37,376 nucleotides of DNA from a virus: positions 1-37,376 of IMG/VR virus record IMGVR_UViG_3300028901_000135. One strand, 5' to 3'. Positions 22,648 to 29,856 of the stretch are shown here, one piece after another (position 1 is the stretch's first letter; the number at the start of each line of letters is the position of its first letter). The position numbers and the translations under genes were made by a program. The notes under the pieces are model-generated. The model was not told where the DNA came from. It was given only the letters and a program-made list of their open reading frames with translations, and did no database searches.

Positions 22648-25521
22648 GTGACCGTGGATGACATCGTAGAGCAGATCAAGGCGCGGTTGCGGATCGAGGA
22701 CGTGATCGAGCAGGACGGGTATCCACTGCCAAGGCGCGGTGGGTATCGCAAGTGCACGACGCCTCACATCGGCGGGTTGATCGTGAACGTCAACAAGCAG
22801 ATGTACTACTGGAACGGGCAAGCGGAGTGGGGGGACATCATCGGGTGGGTGCAACGGCGCAAGGGGATGGATTTCAAGGGGGCGGTAGAGGAGCTGTGCA
22901 TGCGGGCAGGCCTGCCGGCGCCGGAATGGCGGGGCGAGGACCAGTCGCAGCGGCTTGCGGCGCGGGCCAGGGAAGAGGCGCTCGACGTGGCGCAGCGGGT
23001 TTTTGTGCGCTGGTTTTGGAGGAGCGCGGAGGCGCAGGTGTATGCGAGGGGGCGCGGGTGGACGGATGACCAACCTACCCCTGACCCCTCCCTAAAGGGA
23101 GGGGACGAAGAGGCGGAACCAGGGACGCTGCGCGTGGCGATGCTGGGCTACAGCGGGGAGGGGACGGAGGCGGAGCGGGCGGAGATGCGGCGGGAGCTGG
23201 AGGCGGGCGGGGTGGATCTCGACAGCCCGGCGGCGGTGGCCATCCTGGGGATGCGCGGGGGCGTGCATGACTGGGCGAAACGGCACGGGATCCAGCTCAA
23301 TGACGACTGGCTGGCGAACGGGTATATCCCGGGGATGATCGGGCGGAAGCGCTTGGTTTACCCGCACGTGCACAACGGGCGGGTGCGCTATCTGAGCGGG
23401 CGGGGGATCGTGGAGAAGTTCCACTACAACCTGCCCGAGGCGCTGGTGGGGAAACGCCAGGTCTTTTACAACCAGGCGTACAGCTTCGCGGCGAAGGAAG
23501 TGGTGGTGGTCGAAGGGCAGGCGGACGCGATCAGCCTGGGGCAGTTGGGGATTGCGGCGGTGGCGCTGGCGGGTGTGGCGCCGGACGAGACCATGGCCGA
23601 GTCGCTGCGGCATCACCAGGTGGTGTATGTGGGGCTGGATGCGGACACGGCGGGCGACAAGAACCGCTGGCGGGTGGCCGAGGCGATCGGGCCAACGGTG
23701 CGGATGGTGCGCTGGGACGGCCTGGCGGAGTATCGCACATGGGGGGAAGGCAAGGAAGTCAAGGACGCGAACGACCTGCTGCGGGCGATGATCGGCGGGA
23801 AGCTGAGCGAGGAGGCGCAGGCTGCGCAGGTGCGCGGGATGCTTGAGAAGGCAGCGACCTACGTGGAGTCGATCTGCGCGTGGGCCGGGATGCAGCGGGG
23901 CGCGGAGCGGGACCAGGCGCAGGTGCAGGCGCTGCGGGTTGTGGGCAGGTTGGACAAGATGCGGCTGAGCCAGTACAGGACCGCGCTGGCCAAGAGCCTG
24001 GGGGTGAGCGTGCGCGAGCTGGATGGGATGCTCAAGGCGCTGGCCGAGGAGGCTAAAGCGGATAAGGCGCGGGGCGAGCCGGTCTATACGTGGGGCGGGC
24101 TGGTCGACGGGTGGCTGCTGGAATATCTGTACGATATTGAGGAAGACGAGGCCAGCCTGGCATGGCGGGATCCACAGGGACGGATCGACAGCGGGAACAG
24201 CGTGAACATCGAAGGGCGCTGCTACCTGCCATATCCACCCACCGAGACGCTGCGGACGGGGTCGATTTTGTTTCCCAGCGCACTGGGGGAGCGGAAGAGC
24301 CTGATGGAGCTGATCACTTACATCAAGATGTACGTGAACTCGGTGTATATCCTGCCCTCTGAGGAGACGGCGGGATTGGTGGCGTACTGGGTGATCAGCA
24401 CGTGGGTGTACGACTGCTTCGAGACGGTGGTCTATCTACGCGCAATGGGCGGGGCAGGCAGCGGAAAGACGGAATTCCTGTACCGGGTGGGGATGATCGC
24501 ATACCGGACGCTGAGTAGCTCGGGGGCCAGCTCCACCTCTGCGCTCTTCCGCAGCGCGGAACGTTATAAGGGGGTGGTGGCGATCGACGAGGCCGACATC
24601 GAGCAGAGCGACACGGCCAGCGAGATGGTGAAGTTCTACAACCAGGGGGCGATGAAGGGGCATCCGATCTGGCGGACGGTCGAGGTGACCGGGCCTAACG
24701 GTGAGAAGACCTTCGAAGAGGTGGGGTTCCAAACGTTCTGTCCGAAGATGATCGGGATGCGGAAGGACTTCAAGGACGACGCAGTGGGAACCAGGTCGAT
24801 CACGCTGCGATTGAACCCGCGGGAGATGACCGAGCTGAAGGCGGCGGGGGTGCCGCTGACGGTAAACCAGGAGATCCGGGCCAGGGCGCAGGCGCTGCGC
24901 AATCTGCTGTGCCGGTGGCGGCTGGAGACCTGGCAGGCGGAGATCCCGGTGGATTTCGATCTGTACGACATGGAGATCAGCGCTCGTTTAAACCAGGTGG
25001 CCGGGCCATTGATGGCGATCGCGCGCGACGACCCGATCCAACAGGAGGACATTCAAAAGACGCTGCGCGAATATTACCGGGAAACGATCCTCAACCAGAA
25101 CATGACGATCGCGGCGCGGGTGCTCGAGGCGATGTGGAAGATCTACCAGTACCCAGACCTGCGCCAGAAGATGGTGAAGCTGGAACCGGACGGGAGCGAA
25201 ACGATCAAGGTAGGGGACCTGACGCGGATCACGAACGACATCATCAACGAAATGAACGAATCGGGCGAGGAAGACGAGGAAAAGAAGGCGGCGCGAGAGC
25301 TCTCATCGCAGAGGATCGGGAAGATCCTGCGGGGGGAATTGAATTTGAAAATCGGCGAGCGAACGCGGGACGGTTACCGGGTGTACTGGAACGGGCCGCG
25401 GATCGACGGGCTTTCGAAGCGGTTCGGTATCAAGCCGGAGGATTTCAAGCCGATGGGAAACCCTCACCCTACCCTCTCCCAGGAAGGGAGAGGGAAAGAG
25501 AAGCAGGGAGAGATGCTATGA
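22648..25521 (+). CDS. DNA primase (DnaG-like N-terminal region plus TOPRIM) fused to a P-loop NTPase (putative helicase) domain, 957 aa
   Basis: TOPRIM motifs VVVVEGQADAISL and VGLDADTAGDK; Walker A GGAGSGKTEF and Walker B VVAIDEAD. GTG 22648 follows caggag. Two family-H repeats lie in frame. Confidence 0.85.
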   Translation: MTVDDIVEQIKARLRIEDVIEQDGYPLPRRGGYRKCTTPHIGGLIVNVNKQMYYWNGQAEWGDIIGWVQRRKGMDFKGAVEELCMRAGLPAPEWRGEDQSQRLAARAREEALDVAQRVFVRWFWRSAEAQVYARGRGWTDDQPTPDPSLKGGDEEAEPGTLRVAMLGYSGEGTEAERAEMRRELEAGGVDLDSPAAVAILGMRGGVHDWAKRHGIQLNDDWLANGYIPGMIGRKRLVYPHVHNGRVRYLSGRGIVEKFHYNLPEALVGKRQVFYNQAYSFAAKEVVVVEGQADAISLGQLGIAAVALAGVAPDETMAESLRHHQVVYVGLDADTAGDKNRWRVAEAIGPTVRMVRWDGLAEYRTWGEGKEVKDANDLLRAMIGGKLSEEAQAAQVRGMLEKAATYVESICAWAGMQRGAERDQAQVQALRVVGRLDKMRLSQYRTALAKSLGVSVRELDGMLKALAEEAKADKARGEPVYTWGGLVDGWLLEYLYDIEEDEASLAWRDPQGRIDSGNSVNIEGRCYLPYPPTETLRTGSILFPSALGERKSLMELITYIKMYVNSVYILPSEETAGLVAYWVISTWVYDCFETVVYLRAMGGAGSGKTEFLYRVGMIAYRTLSSSGASSTSALFRSAERYKGVVAIDEADIEQSDTASEMVKFYNQGAMKGHPIWRTVEVTGPNGEKTFEEVGFQTFCPKMIGMRKDFKDDAVGTRSITLRLNPREMTELKAAGVPLTVNQEIRARAQALRNLLCRWRLETWQAEIPVDFDLYDMEISARLNQVAGPLMAIARDDPIQQEDIQKTLREYYRETILNQNMTIAARVLEAMWKIYQYPDLRQKMVKLEPDGSETIKVGDLTRITNDIINEMNESGEEDEEKKAARELSSQRIGKILRGELNLKIGERTRDGYRVYWNGPRIDGLSKRFGIKPEDFKPMGNPHPTLSQEGRGKEKQGEML
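23074..23104 (+). repeat. Family-H hairpin repeat
   Basis: In frame in the primase, between the N-terminal and TOPRIM regions (QPTPDPSLKGGD). Confidence 0.9.
25462..25494 (+). repeat. Family-H hairpin repeat
   Basis: In frame at the primase C-terminus (NPHPTLSQEGRGK). Confidence 0.85.
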
Positions 25522-25553
25522 AAAACGAACGAGATTCCAACCTTAAAAGGTCT

Positions 25554-25686
25554 GTGAACATGGTGAACTTGATGAACTTCTTCCGGCTGGCGGGATTTGT
25601 TTTGCGCGAACGGGCGGGGAAAGAGGAAGAAGAGGAAATAACATTTCCCTCCCCCCCAAATAAGTTCACAAAGTTCATAAGTTCAC
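25554..25686. repeat. Iteron-like clusters: three direct GTGAAC(A/T)T 9-nt-spaced units (25554-25579) facing three inverted units (25662-25686)
   Basis: tgtgaacatggtgaacttgatgaactt versus aagttcacaaagttcataagttcac. Confidence 0.7.
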
Positions 25687-25781
25687 CGGGTTTTTTAAGG
25701 TTTGAATCAGGGTTTTTGGGGGGTGTTTTAAGGCAAATCTGGGGGGTGCGGGGGGAAATAAGGGTGATTTTGGCCAAGAAG

Positions 25782-25805
25782 AGAGACGCAAGATATTGCG
25801 TCTCT
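25782..25805. repeat. Family-V hairpin AGAGACGCAA-gata-TTGCGTCTCT
   Basis: In the region downstream of the primase gene. Confidence 0.9.
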
Positions 25806-25897
25806 ACCGATACGCGTGAATATATTGAACATTTGTTAACTTATATGATCGCGAGGCGGGTTTTTGCTATGGGGCTATTAGAGACCAGGCCCCAAAA

Positions 25898-25946
25898 GTG
25901 TGAACTTCTCATAAAAGTGTGAACTTCCATTTTTAGAAGTTCACAC
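25898..25946. repeat. Three copies of the 11-mer GTGTGAACTTC (two direct, one inverted) at 19-nt spacing; the last two form an 11-bp hairpin
   Basis: Copies at 25898-25908 and 25917-25927, inverted copy at 25936-25946. Confidence 0.8.
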
Positions 25947-25991
25947 CTTTCGAGGCAGTTGGAATTCGTTAAGGTTCGGAAGGAGGCAGGC

Positions 25992-26282
25992 ATGTTTGGG
26001 TTGATCGATGGACGGGTATTGGAGAGCTACCGGCGCTACCAGGGGATCCGAGCAGGGGTGGAAGTGGAGACGCCAGGCGGGCCTGGCAAGGTGGCGGGGA
26101 AGCAGATCTGGCAGGGGCAGTTCCAGGTGCTGGTGGACCATGGAGAGCGGGCAGGCGGCTGCGTGGTGGTGATGGCGTATGCGATGGGGATGGTAAAAGA
26201 GACCTATCCCCGGCCCTTCCCTAACACCCTGACGGGTGCAGGCGGGAAGGGAGCAGAGGGGGCGGAGGTGGAGCATGTTTGA
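25992..26282 (+). CDS. Hypothetical protein, 96 aa
   Basis: ATG 25992 follows ggaaggagg. The C-terminus contains a composite family-H repeat (YPRPFPNTLTGAGGKG). Confidence 0.55.
   Translation: MFGLIDGRVLESYRRYQGIRAGVEVETPGGPGKVAGKQIWQGQFQVLVDHGERAGGCVVVMAYAMGMVKETYPRPFPNTLTGAGGKGAEGAEVEHV
26203..26251 (+). repeat. Family-H composite variant
   Basis: In frame at the C-terminus of 25992..26282. Confidence 0.9.
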
Positions 26283-26415
26283 GTGGCCGTGGTACGTGTG
26301 GGCGGGGATTGGGGCGCTGCTGGCCGGGATCGGTTGGTTGTTTTGGGAGGCGGCGCATCCGAGCACGTTCGATGAGGATGTGTACCTGCGCAAGCAGCGA
26401 GAGGGGAAGAGATGA
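26275..26415 (+). CDS. Possible 46-aa single-TM protein (MFEWPWYVWAGIGALLAGIGWLFWEAA...)
   Basis: Overlaps the upstream stop, and its own stop overlaps the next ATG (ATGA at 26412). Below the track's size cutoff. Confidence 0.4.
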   Translation: MFEWPWYVWAGIGALLAGIGWLFWEAAHPSTFDEDVYLRKQREGKR

Positions 26416-26933
26416 GCAAGGCAGCGGGATGCAGCGGGTTGCTGGGGCTGGCGGGGATGGCTGTGGCGGGTGTCGCGCTGGTGTCGATGACCAGGGGCGA
26501 GGGGTTGGATACCTGGCCGATGCTGTGCGGGGGAGGGCTGGCGGGGCTTTTGTTTGGGAGTATTGCCATCGGAATGATGGCGCCAAAGGGGAGAAAGAAT
26601 TTTAACCACGAAACACACGAAACACACGAAAGGGGAGAAAGAAAAGAAGAATTTGTAGATACGCGGCAGACCCATGAGCGGGTGGTGCTGTCGAGGGGGT
26701 ACACCTGGCAGGAGGGCGGGAAAATTATGTCGGACAGGAGCCGGGAGTACCTGATTTATGAGGGGTACGCGATCGGGGTGCCGGGAGTGGATTATCCGGG
26801 CGAAGCGCCGGTGCTGCTGCCCGAGGCGGATGGGTGCTATCACCTGCCGGGAGTGGTGCTACACGGGGTGGAGCTGGGTGGGGCTATCCTGGCGCCGGAG
26901 TTTTTCAACCAATGGAGGGATGGAGATGCCTGA
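26412..26933 (+). CDS. Hypothetical protein, 173 aa: a 2-TM N-terminal part and a soluble C-terminal part joined through a family-K repeat
   Basis: The continuous ORF reads ...APKGRKNFNHETHETHERGERKEE.... An internal SD (caggaggg) plus ATG 26727 could also start the second part independently. Confidence 0.5.
   Translation: MSKAAGCSGLLGLAGMAVAGVALVSMTRGEGLDTWPMLCGGGLAGLLFGSIAIGMMAPKGRKNFNHETHETHERGERKEEFVDTRQTHERVVLSRGYTWQEGGKIMSDRSREYLIYEGYAIGVPGVDYPGEAPVLLPEADGCYHLPGVVLHGVELGGAILAPEFFNQWRDGDA
26599..26633 (+). repeat. Family-K repeat, copy 3
   Basis: Read through in frame as NFNHETHETHERG inside 26412..26933. Confidence 0.9.
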
Positions 26934-27204
26934 GATCGTGGTGATGATGACGCAAGATGAGTACCGGGAGCTCTTCGAGAAGGAGCGGCACCTGGCGTAT
27001 GAGTGCCTGGAGAGCGGGGAGGCTGAGCTGGTCAAGATCGGCCAGGTGATGCTGGGGAGGCGGTGGGCGGTGGATGACGAGGAGAACGCGCGGATCGAGG
27101 CGGAGATGGAGAGGATGTGGGCGTGGTTGAGAAGAGATCTTAACCACGAAATACACGAAACACACGAAATTGAGGAAAAGCAAAAGGAAGAGAAGGGAAA
27201 TTGA
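26920..27204 (+). CDS. Hypothetical protein, ~94 aa, C-terminal tail encoded by family-K copy 4
   Basis: ATG 26920 or 26926 follows ggaggga; overlaps the upstream stop. Confidence 0.5.
   Translation: MEMPEIVVMMTQDEYRELFEKERHLAYECLESGEAELVKIGQVMLGRRWAVDDEENARIEAEMERMWAWLRRDLNHEIHETHEIEEKQKEEKGN
27136..27169 (+). repeat. Family-K repeat, copy 4
   Basis: Read as DLNHEIHETHEI near the C-terminus of 26920..27204. It is followed by a purine-rich tract and ATG 27206. Confidence 0.9.
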
Positions 27205-27205
27205 G

Positions 27206-27457
27206 ATGTGTCCGTGCGGTGATTTGGCCGGTCTGGATTTGAGCATGTTGGTGCGGCCAGAGGTGCGGCCGTTGTTTTGGACGGTGGTGGCGATGGTCTG
27301 GATGACCGTGCTGTTTGCGATGGCCAAGACGGGCAAGCGCCAGGCGATTAGAAAGCATAGGGAGCCAGGCGTGGCGGATATCGTGCAGGCGATCGCGGAG
27401 GATAACGCGAAGCTGCGGAAAGAGCTGGAACGGAACAAGCCGCGGTGGAGGTTTTGA
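27206..27457 (+). CDS. Small membrane protein, 83 aa
   Basis: ATG 27206; one TM helix (RPLFWTVVAMVWMTVLFAMA). Confidence 0.5.
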   Translation: MCPCGDLAGLDLSMLVRPEVRPLFWTVVAMVWMTVLFAMAKTGKRQAIRKHREPGVADIVQAIAEDNAKLRKELERNKPRWRF

Positions 27458-28038
27458 TGAACAATCCATACATTTTTCCTCCTCATAACAGGGCCTTCTG
27501 GACGCCGGTTGTGGATGGGCTGACGGCGGGGCTGCTGGCGTTCTTGCTGGGGCTGACGTGGACGGACGATGCGGGGGTGGGGCTGGGCTGGGGGGTGATC
27601 GCGGGCGGGTTGGTGTGGGCAGTGGCCAGGGTGGCTTGGTTGCGGTTGATCTGGCGGTACTATGCGGAGCGGCCGGTGGAGGTGGAGCCGCCCGAGGAGC
27701 CGGTGGAGGAGGGTGATCCGCCGAAGCTATCGACGCGGAATGAGGACGGGACACGGATCCTTGTGCTGGACCCGCCATGCCGGGATATGCAGCTGGCCAG
27801 GTGGTGCAAGGGGATGGTTGGTGAGTCGCCGACTACGTTCGCGTTCTGGGTGACACAGGAGCGTGAGTTCAGCCAGGCGGAGTACAGCGAGTTCCGTGAG
27901 TGGCTGTTCCGGCGGGGGTATGCGGAGCCGGTCAACGGGAATGCGCTGCGGTTGACGGCTGAGGGGATGAACCTGGCGAAATGGGTGCATGACCAGGGGT
28001 TGAGAGAGTACTCACCCACCAAAAACTTCGTATGGTGA
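27457..28038 (+). CDS. Membrane protein with a cytoplasmic C-terminal domain, 193 aa
   Basis: ATG 27457 overlaps the upstream TGA by one nt. Two TM helices, a Pro/Glu linker, then a soluble domain. Confidence 0.55.
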   Translation: MNNPYIFPPHNRAFWTPVVDGLTAGLLAFLLGLTWTDDAGVGLGWGVIAGGLVWAVARVAWLRLIWRYYAERPVEVEPPEEPVEEGDPPKLSTRNEDGTRILVLDPPCRDMQLARWCKGMVGESPTTFAFWVTQEREFSQAEYSEFREWLFRRGYAEPVNGNALRLTAEGMNLAKWVHDQGLREYSPTKNFVW

Positions 28039-28095
28039 GGAATATGCCGGATGGGGCATATGCGTATGTGGGCGGTGGGGGAGGGGTTGAAGAGA

Positions 28096-28133
28096 AGATT
28101 ATTAACCACTAAACACACGAAATACACGAAAGG
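28096..28133 (+). repeat. Family-K repeat, copy 5 (variant aaccacTaaa)
   Basis: Intergenic; followed by ggaagagaggagg and ATG 28149. Confidence 0.9.
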
Positions 28134-28148
28134 AAGAGAGGAGGAATC

Positions 28149-29162
28149 ATGGGCAAGAAGACGGGGATCAGCTGGTGCGACCACACGTTTAATCCGTGGT
28201 GGGGGTGCGTGAGGGTTAGCGCGGGGTGCGAGCGGTGTTATGCGGAGACGTTCGCGAGGCGGTTGGGGTTCGATGTGTGGGGGGAGAATCGTCCGCGACG
28301 GTTTTTTGGTGAGAAGCATTGGAACGAGCCGTTGCATTGGAACCGGCAGGCGGAGATGGAAGGAGTTCGAAGGCGGGTTTTTTGTGCTTCGATGGCGGAC
28401 GTGTTCGAAAATCCTCCCCTGGCGTTTTTGTTGAATGAGCGGTACAGGCTTTGGGAACTCGTCGAAAAGACGCCACAATTGGATTGGCTGGTGCTGACGA
28501 AGCGGCCGGAGAATATCAAGCCGTTCGTGCCGGAGAAATGGCTGAACTATGGCGGACCGGATCACGTGTTTATGGGGACGACGATCGAGCACCAGAACGT
28601 GGCGAAGAAGCGGCTGACTGATTTGTTCCGGTGGCCGGGGAGGAATTTTGTCAGCGTGGAGCCGATGCTGTCGCCGGTGAGCCTGGCGGAGGCGATCGAG
28701 CCGGAGGATGAGGATTGGGAGGCGGTGAACGCGATCAACGACGACCCAGAACCGGAGGAGTTCGAGGAAGAGTGCGAGGTGGAGTGCGACTGGGTCAATT
28801 ATGGGCATGACCTGGTGCCGAACCCGGAGCATTACGAGTGGGCGAGCTGGCGGCGATGGCGGGCGGGTTTGTTCGCGCTGGGGCGGCTGGTGGATTGGGT
28901 AATCATCGGGGGGGAGAGCGGGGCCGGTTGCAGGCCGATGGAGACCCGGTGGGTAGAGGCGCTGATGGATGAGTGCCTGATTGCGAAGGTGCCGGTGTTT
29001 GTGAAGCAGTTGGGGGGGCATCCGGATAAGCGAGACAGGATGGAGGAGTGGCCGGTGGCGTTGAGGAAGCAGGAGTTTCCGAGGAGCGGCGAGGATCTGA
29101 CCAGGTGGCTGATGTATGGGGATGAAGAGGGCGGGTCTACGGGTCAACATAGTCGCGGGTAG
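28149..29162 (+). CDS. Phage Gp37/Gp68 family (DUF5131)-like protein with an acidic insertion
   Basis: The N-terminal GISWCDHTFNPWWGCVRVSAGCERCYAE signature matches my recollection of DUF5131. ATG follows gaggagg. Confidence 0.75.
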   Translation: MGKKTGISWCDHTFNPWWGCVRVSAGCERCYAETFARRLGFDVWGENRPRRFFGEKHWNEPLHWNRQAEMEGVRRRVFCASMADVFENPPLAFLLNERYRLWELVEKTPQLDWLVLTKRPENIKPFVPEKWLNYGGPDHVFMGTTIEHQNVAKKRLTDLFRWPGRNFVSVEPMLSPVSLAEAIEPEDEDWEAVNAINDDPEPEEFEEECEVECDWVNYGHDLVPNPEHYEWASWRRWRAGLFALGRLVDWVIIGGESGAGCRPMETRWVEALMDECLIAKVPVFVKQLGGHPDKRDRMEEWPVALRKQEFPRSGEDLTRWLMYGDEEGGSTGQHSRG

Positions 29163-29184
29163 ATGCAGGAGACCCGCCCGAACC
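29130..29184 (+). repeat. Family-G element (~55 nt; GGCGGGTCT ... AGACCCGCC stem, then CGAACC)
   Basis: Spans the DUF5131 stop codon. Homologous to 31501-31556, including an identical 20-mer gcaggagacccgcccgaacc. Confidence 0.85.
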
Positions 29185-29207
29185 ACAATACCCGCCCGAA
29201 CCACAAT
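29172..29207 (+). repeat. Tandem 18-mer x2 (acccgcccgaaccacaat)
   Basis: Intergenic, between the DUF5131 gene and 29224. Confidence 0.9.
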
Positions 29208-29223
29208 ACAGGAGGTTAGAAGG

Positions 29224-29733
29224 ATGTTAGAGAACAAAACGCAGGCTAAGCCAGTACTTATGACCTATGCGGCCAAAATGGGGCTGGAAGAGGTTATTAC
29301 CATGTTAGGCCATGATCCACGGCTGGTGGGGGTGGCGGAGCTGGAGGACGTGGCGCGGCGGTTGTGCGATGCGGCGGAGCACAATGGGCTGGAGCGGCCG
29401 AGCTGGGGCTGGCGCTATTTGCGGAATGTGCTGAACGGGAAGCTGGAGGCGAGCAAGCGGTTGACGGATGCGATCCTGCGTTTGGGGGCGCTGTTGGATG
29501 GGGCACCGGCTGAGGCGATCGCGGGGGAGCGGGTGACGATCCTTGCGCTGGGGCGTGTGGCGGCGGGGGCGGTGGTCTTGGCTGATTCGCGGCCGTGCGG
29601 GAACCCGGGGTGCAGGGTGGAGTTTGTGCCGCGGGTGCCGTGGCAGAGGTTTCATTCGCGGGAGTGCGGAAAGATCGTAAGAAATTTAAACCACGAAATA
29701 CACGAAAAACACGAAAGGGGAAAGAAGAGGTGA
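29224..29733 (+). CDS. Hypothetical protein, 169 aa, with a C-terminal Cys cluster (CGNPGCRVEF...FHSRECG) and a family-K-encoded tail
   Basis: ATG 29224 follows caggagg. The track's upstream extension runs through tandem repeats. Confidence 0.55.
   Translation: MLENKTQAKPVLMTYAAKMGLEEVITMLGHDPRLVGVAELEDVARRLCDAAEHNGLERPSWGWRYLRNVLNGKLEASKRLTDAILRLGALLDGAPAEAIAGERVTILALGRVAAGAVVLADSRPCGNPGCRVEFVPRVPWQRFHSRECGKIVRNLNHEIHEKHERGKKR
29681..29718 (+). repeat. Family-K repeat, copy 6
   Basis: Read as NLNHEIHEKHERG at the C-terminus of 29224..29733. Confidence 0.9.
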
Positions 29734-29826
29734 AAAAAAAGTGGCGGTTTATTCGGGCGCAGTATGCGACGAGCTGGTGGCAGGCGGTGCTGATCTGGTT
29801 GATGGAGAGAGGAGGCGGTTTTTACC

Positions 29827-29856
29827 GCAGATGAACGCAGATGAACGCAGATGAAA
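29827..29856 (+). repeat. Tandem 10-mer x3 (cgcagatgaa)
   Basis: Provides ATGs at 29831, 29841 and 29851; only 29841 is in frame with the ASCH-like ORF. Confidence 0.9.

Noticed and set aside
25518-25922. 134-aa ORF with an ATGA overlap on the primase stop
   Set aside because: It runs through iteron clusters in both orientations, T-tracts and a family-V hairpin, and its amino-acid sequence is dictated by those repeats. It is kept only as a low-probability alternative to the ori interpretation.
26279-26605. 108-aa ORF (MSGRGTCGRGLG...)
   Set aside because: This is an off-frame Gly/Arg-rich translation. The same DNA is better explained by the small TM ORF 26275..26415 and by 26412..26933.
29730-29834. 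34-aa ORF (VKKKWRFIRAQYATSWWQAVLIWLMERGGGFYRR) with a GTGA overlap on the stop of 29224..29733
   Set aside because: It is plausible (SD-like gaaagaagagg, one hydrophobic helix), but it is too short to support without comparative or proteomic data.
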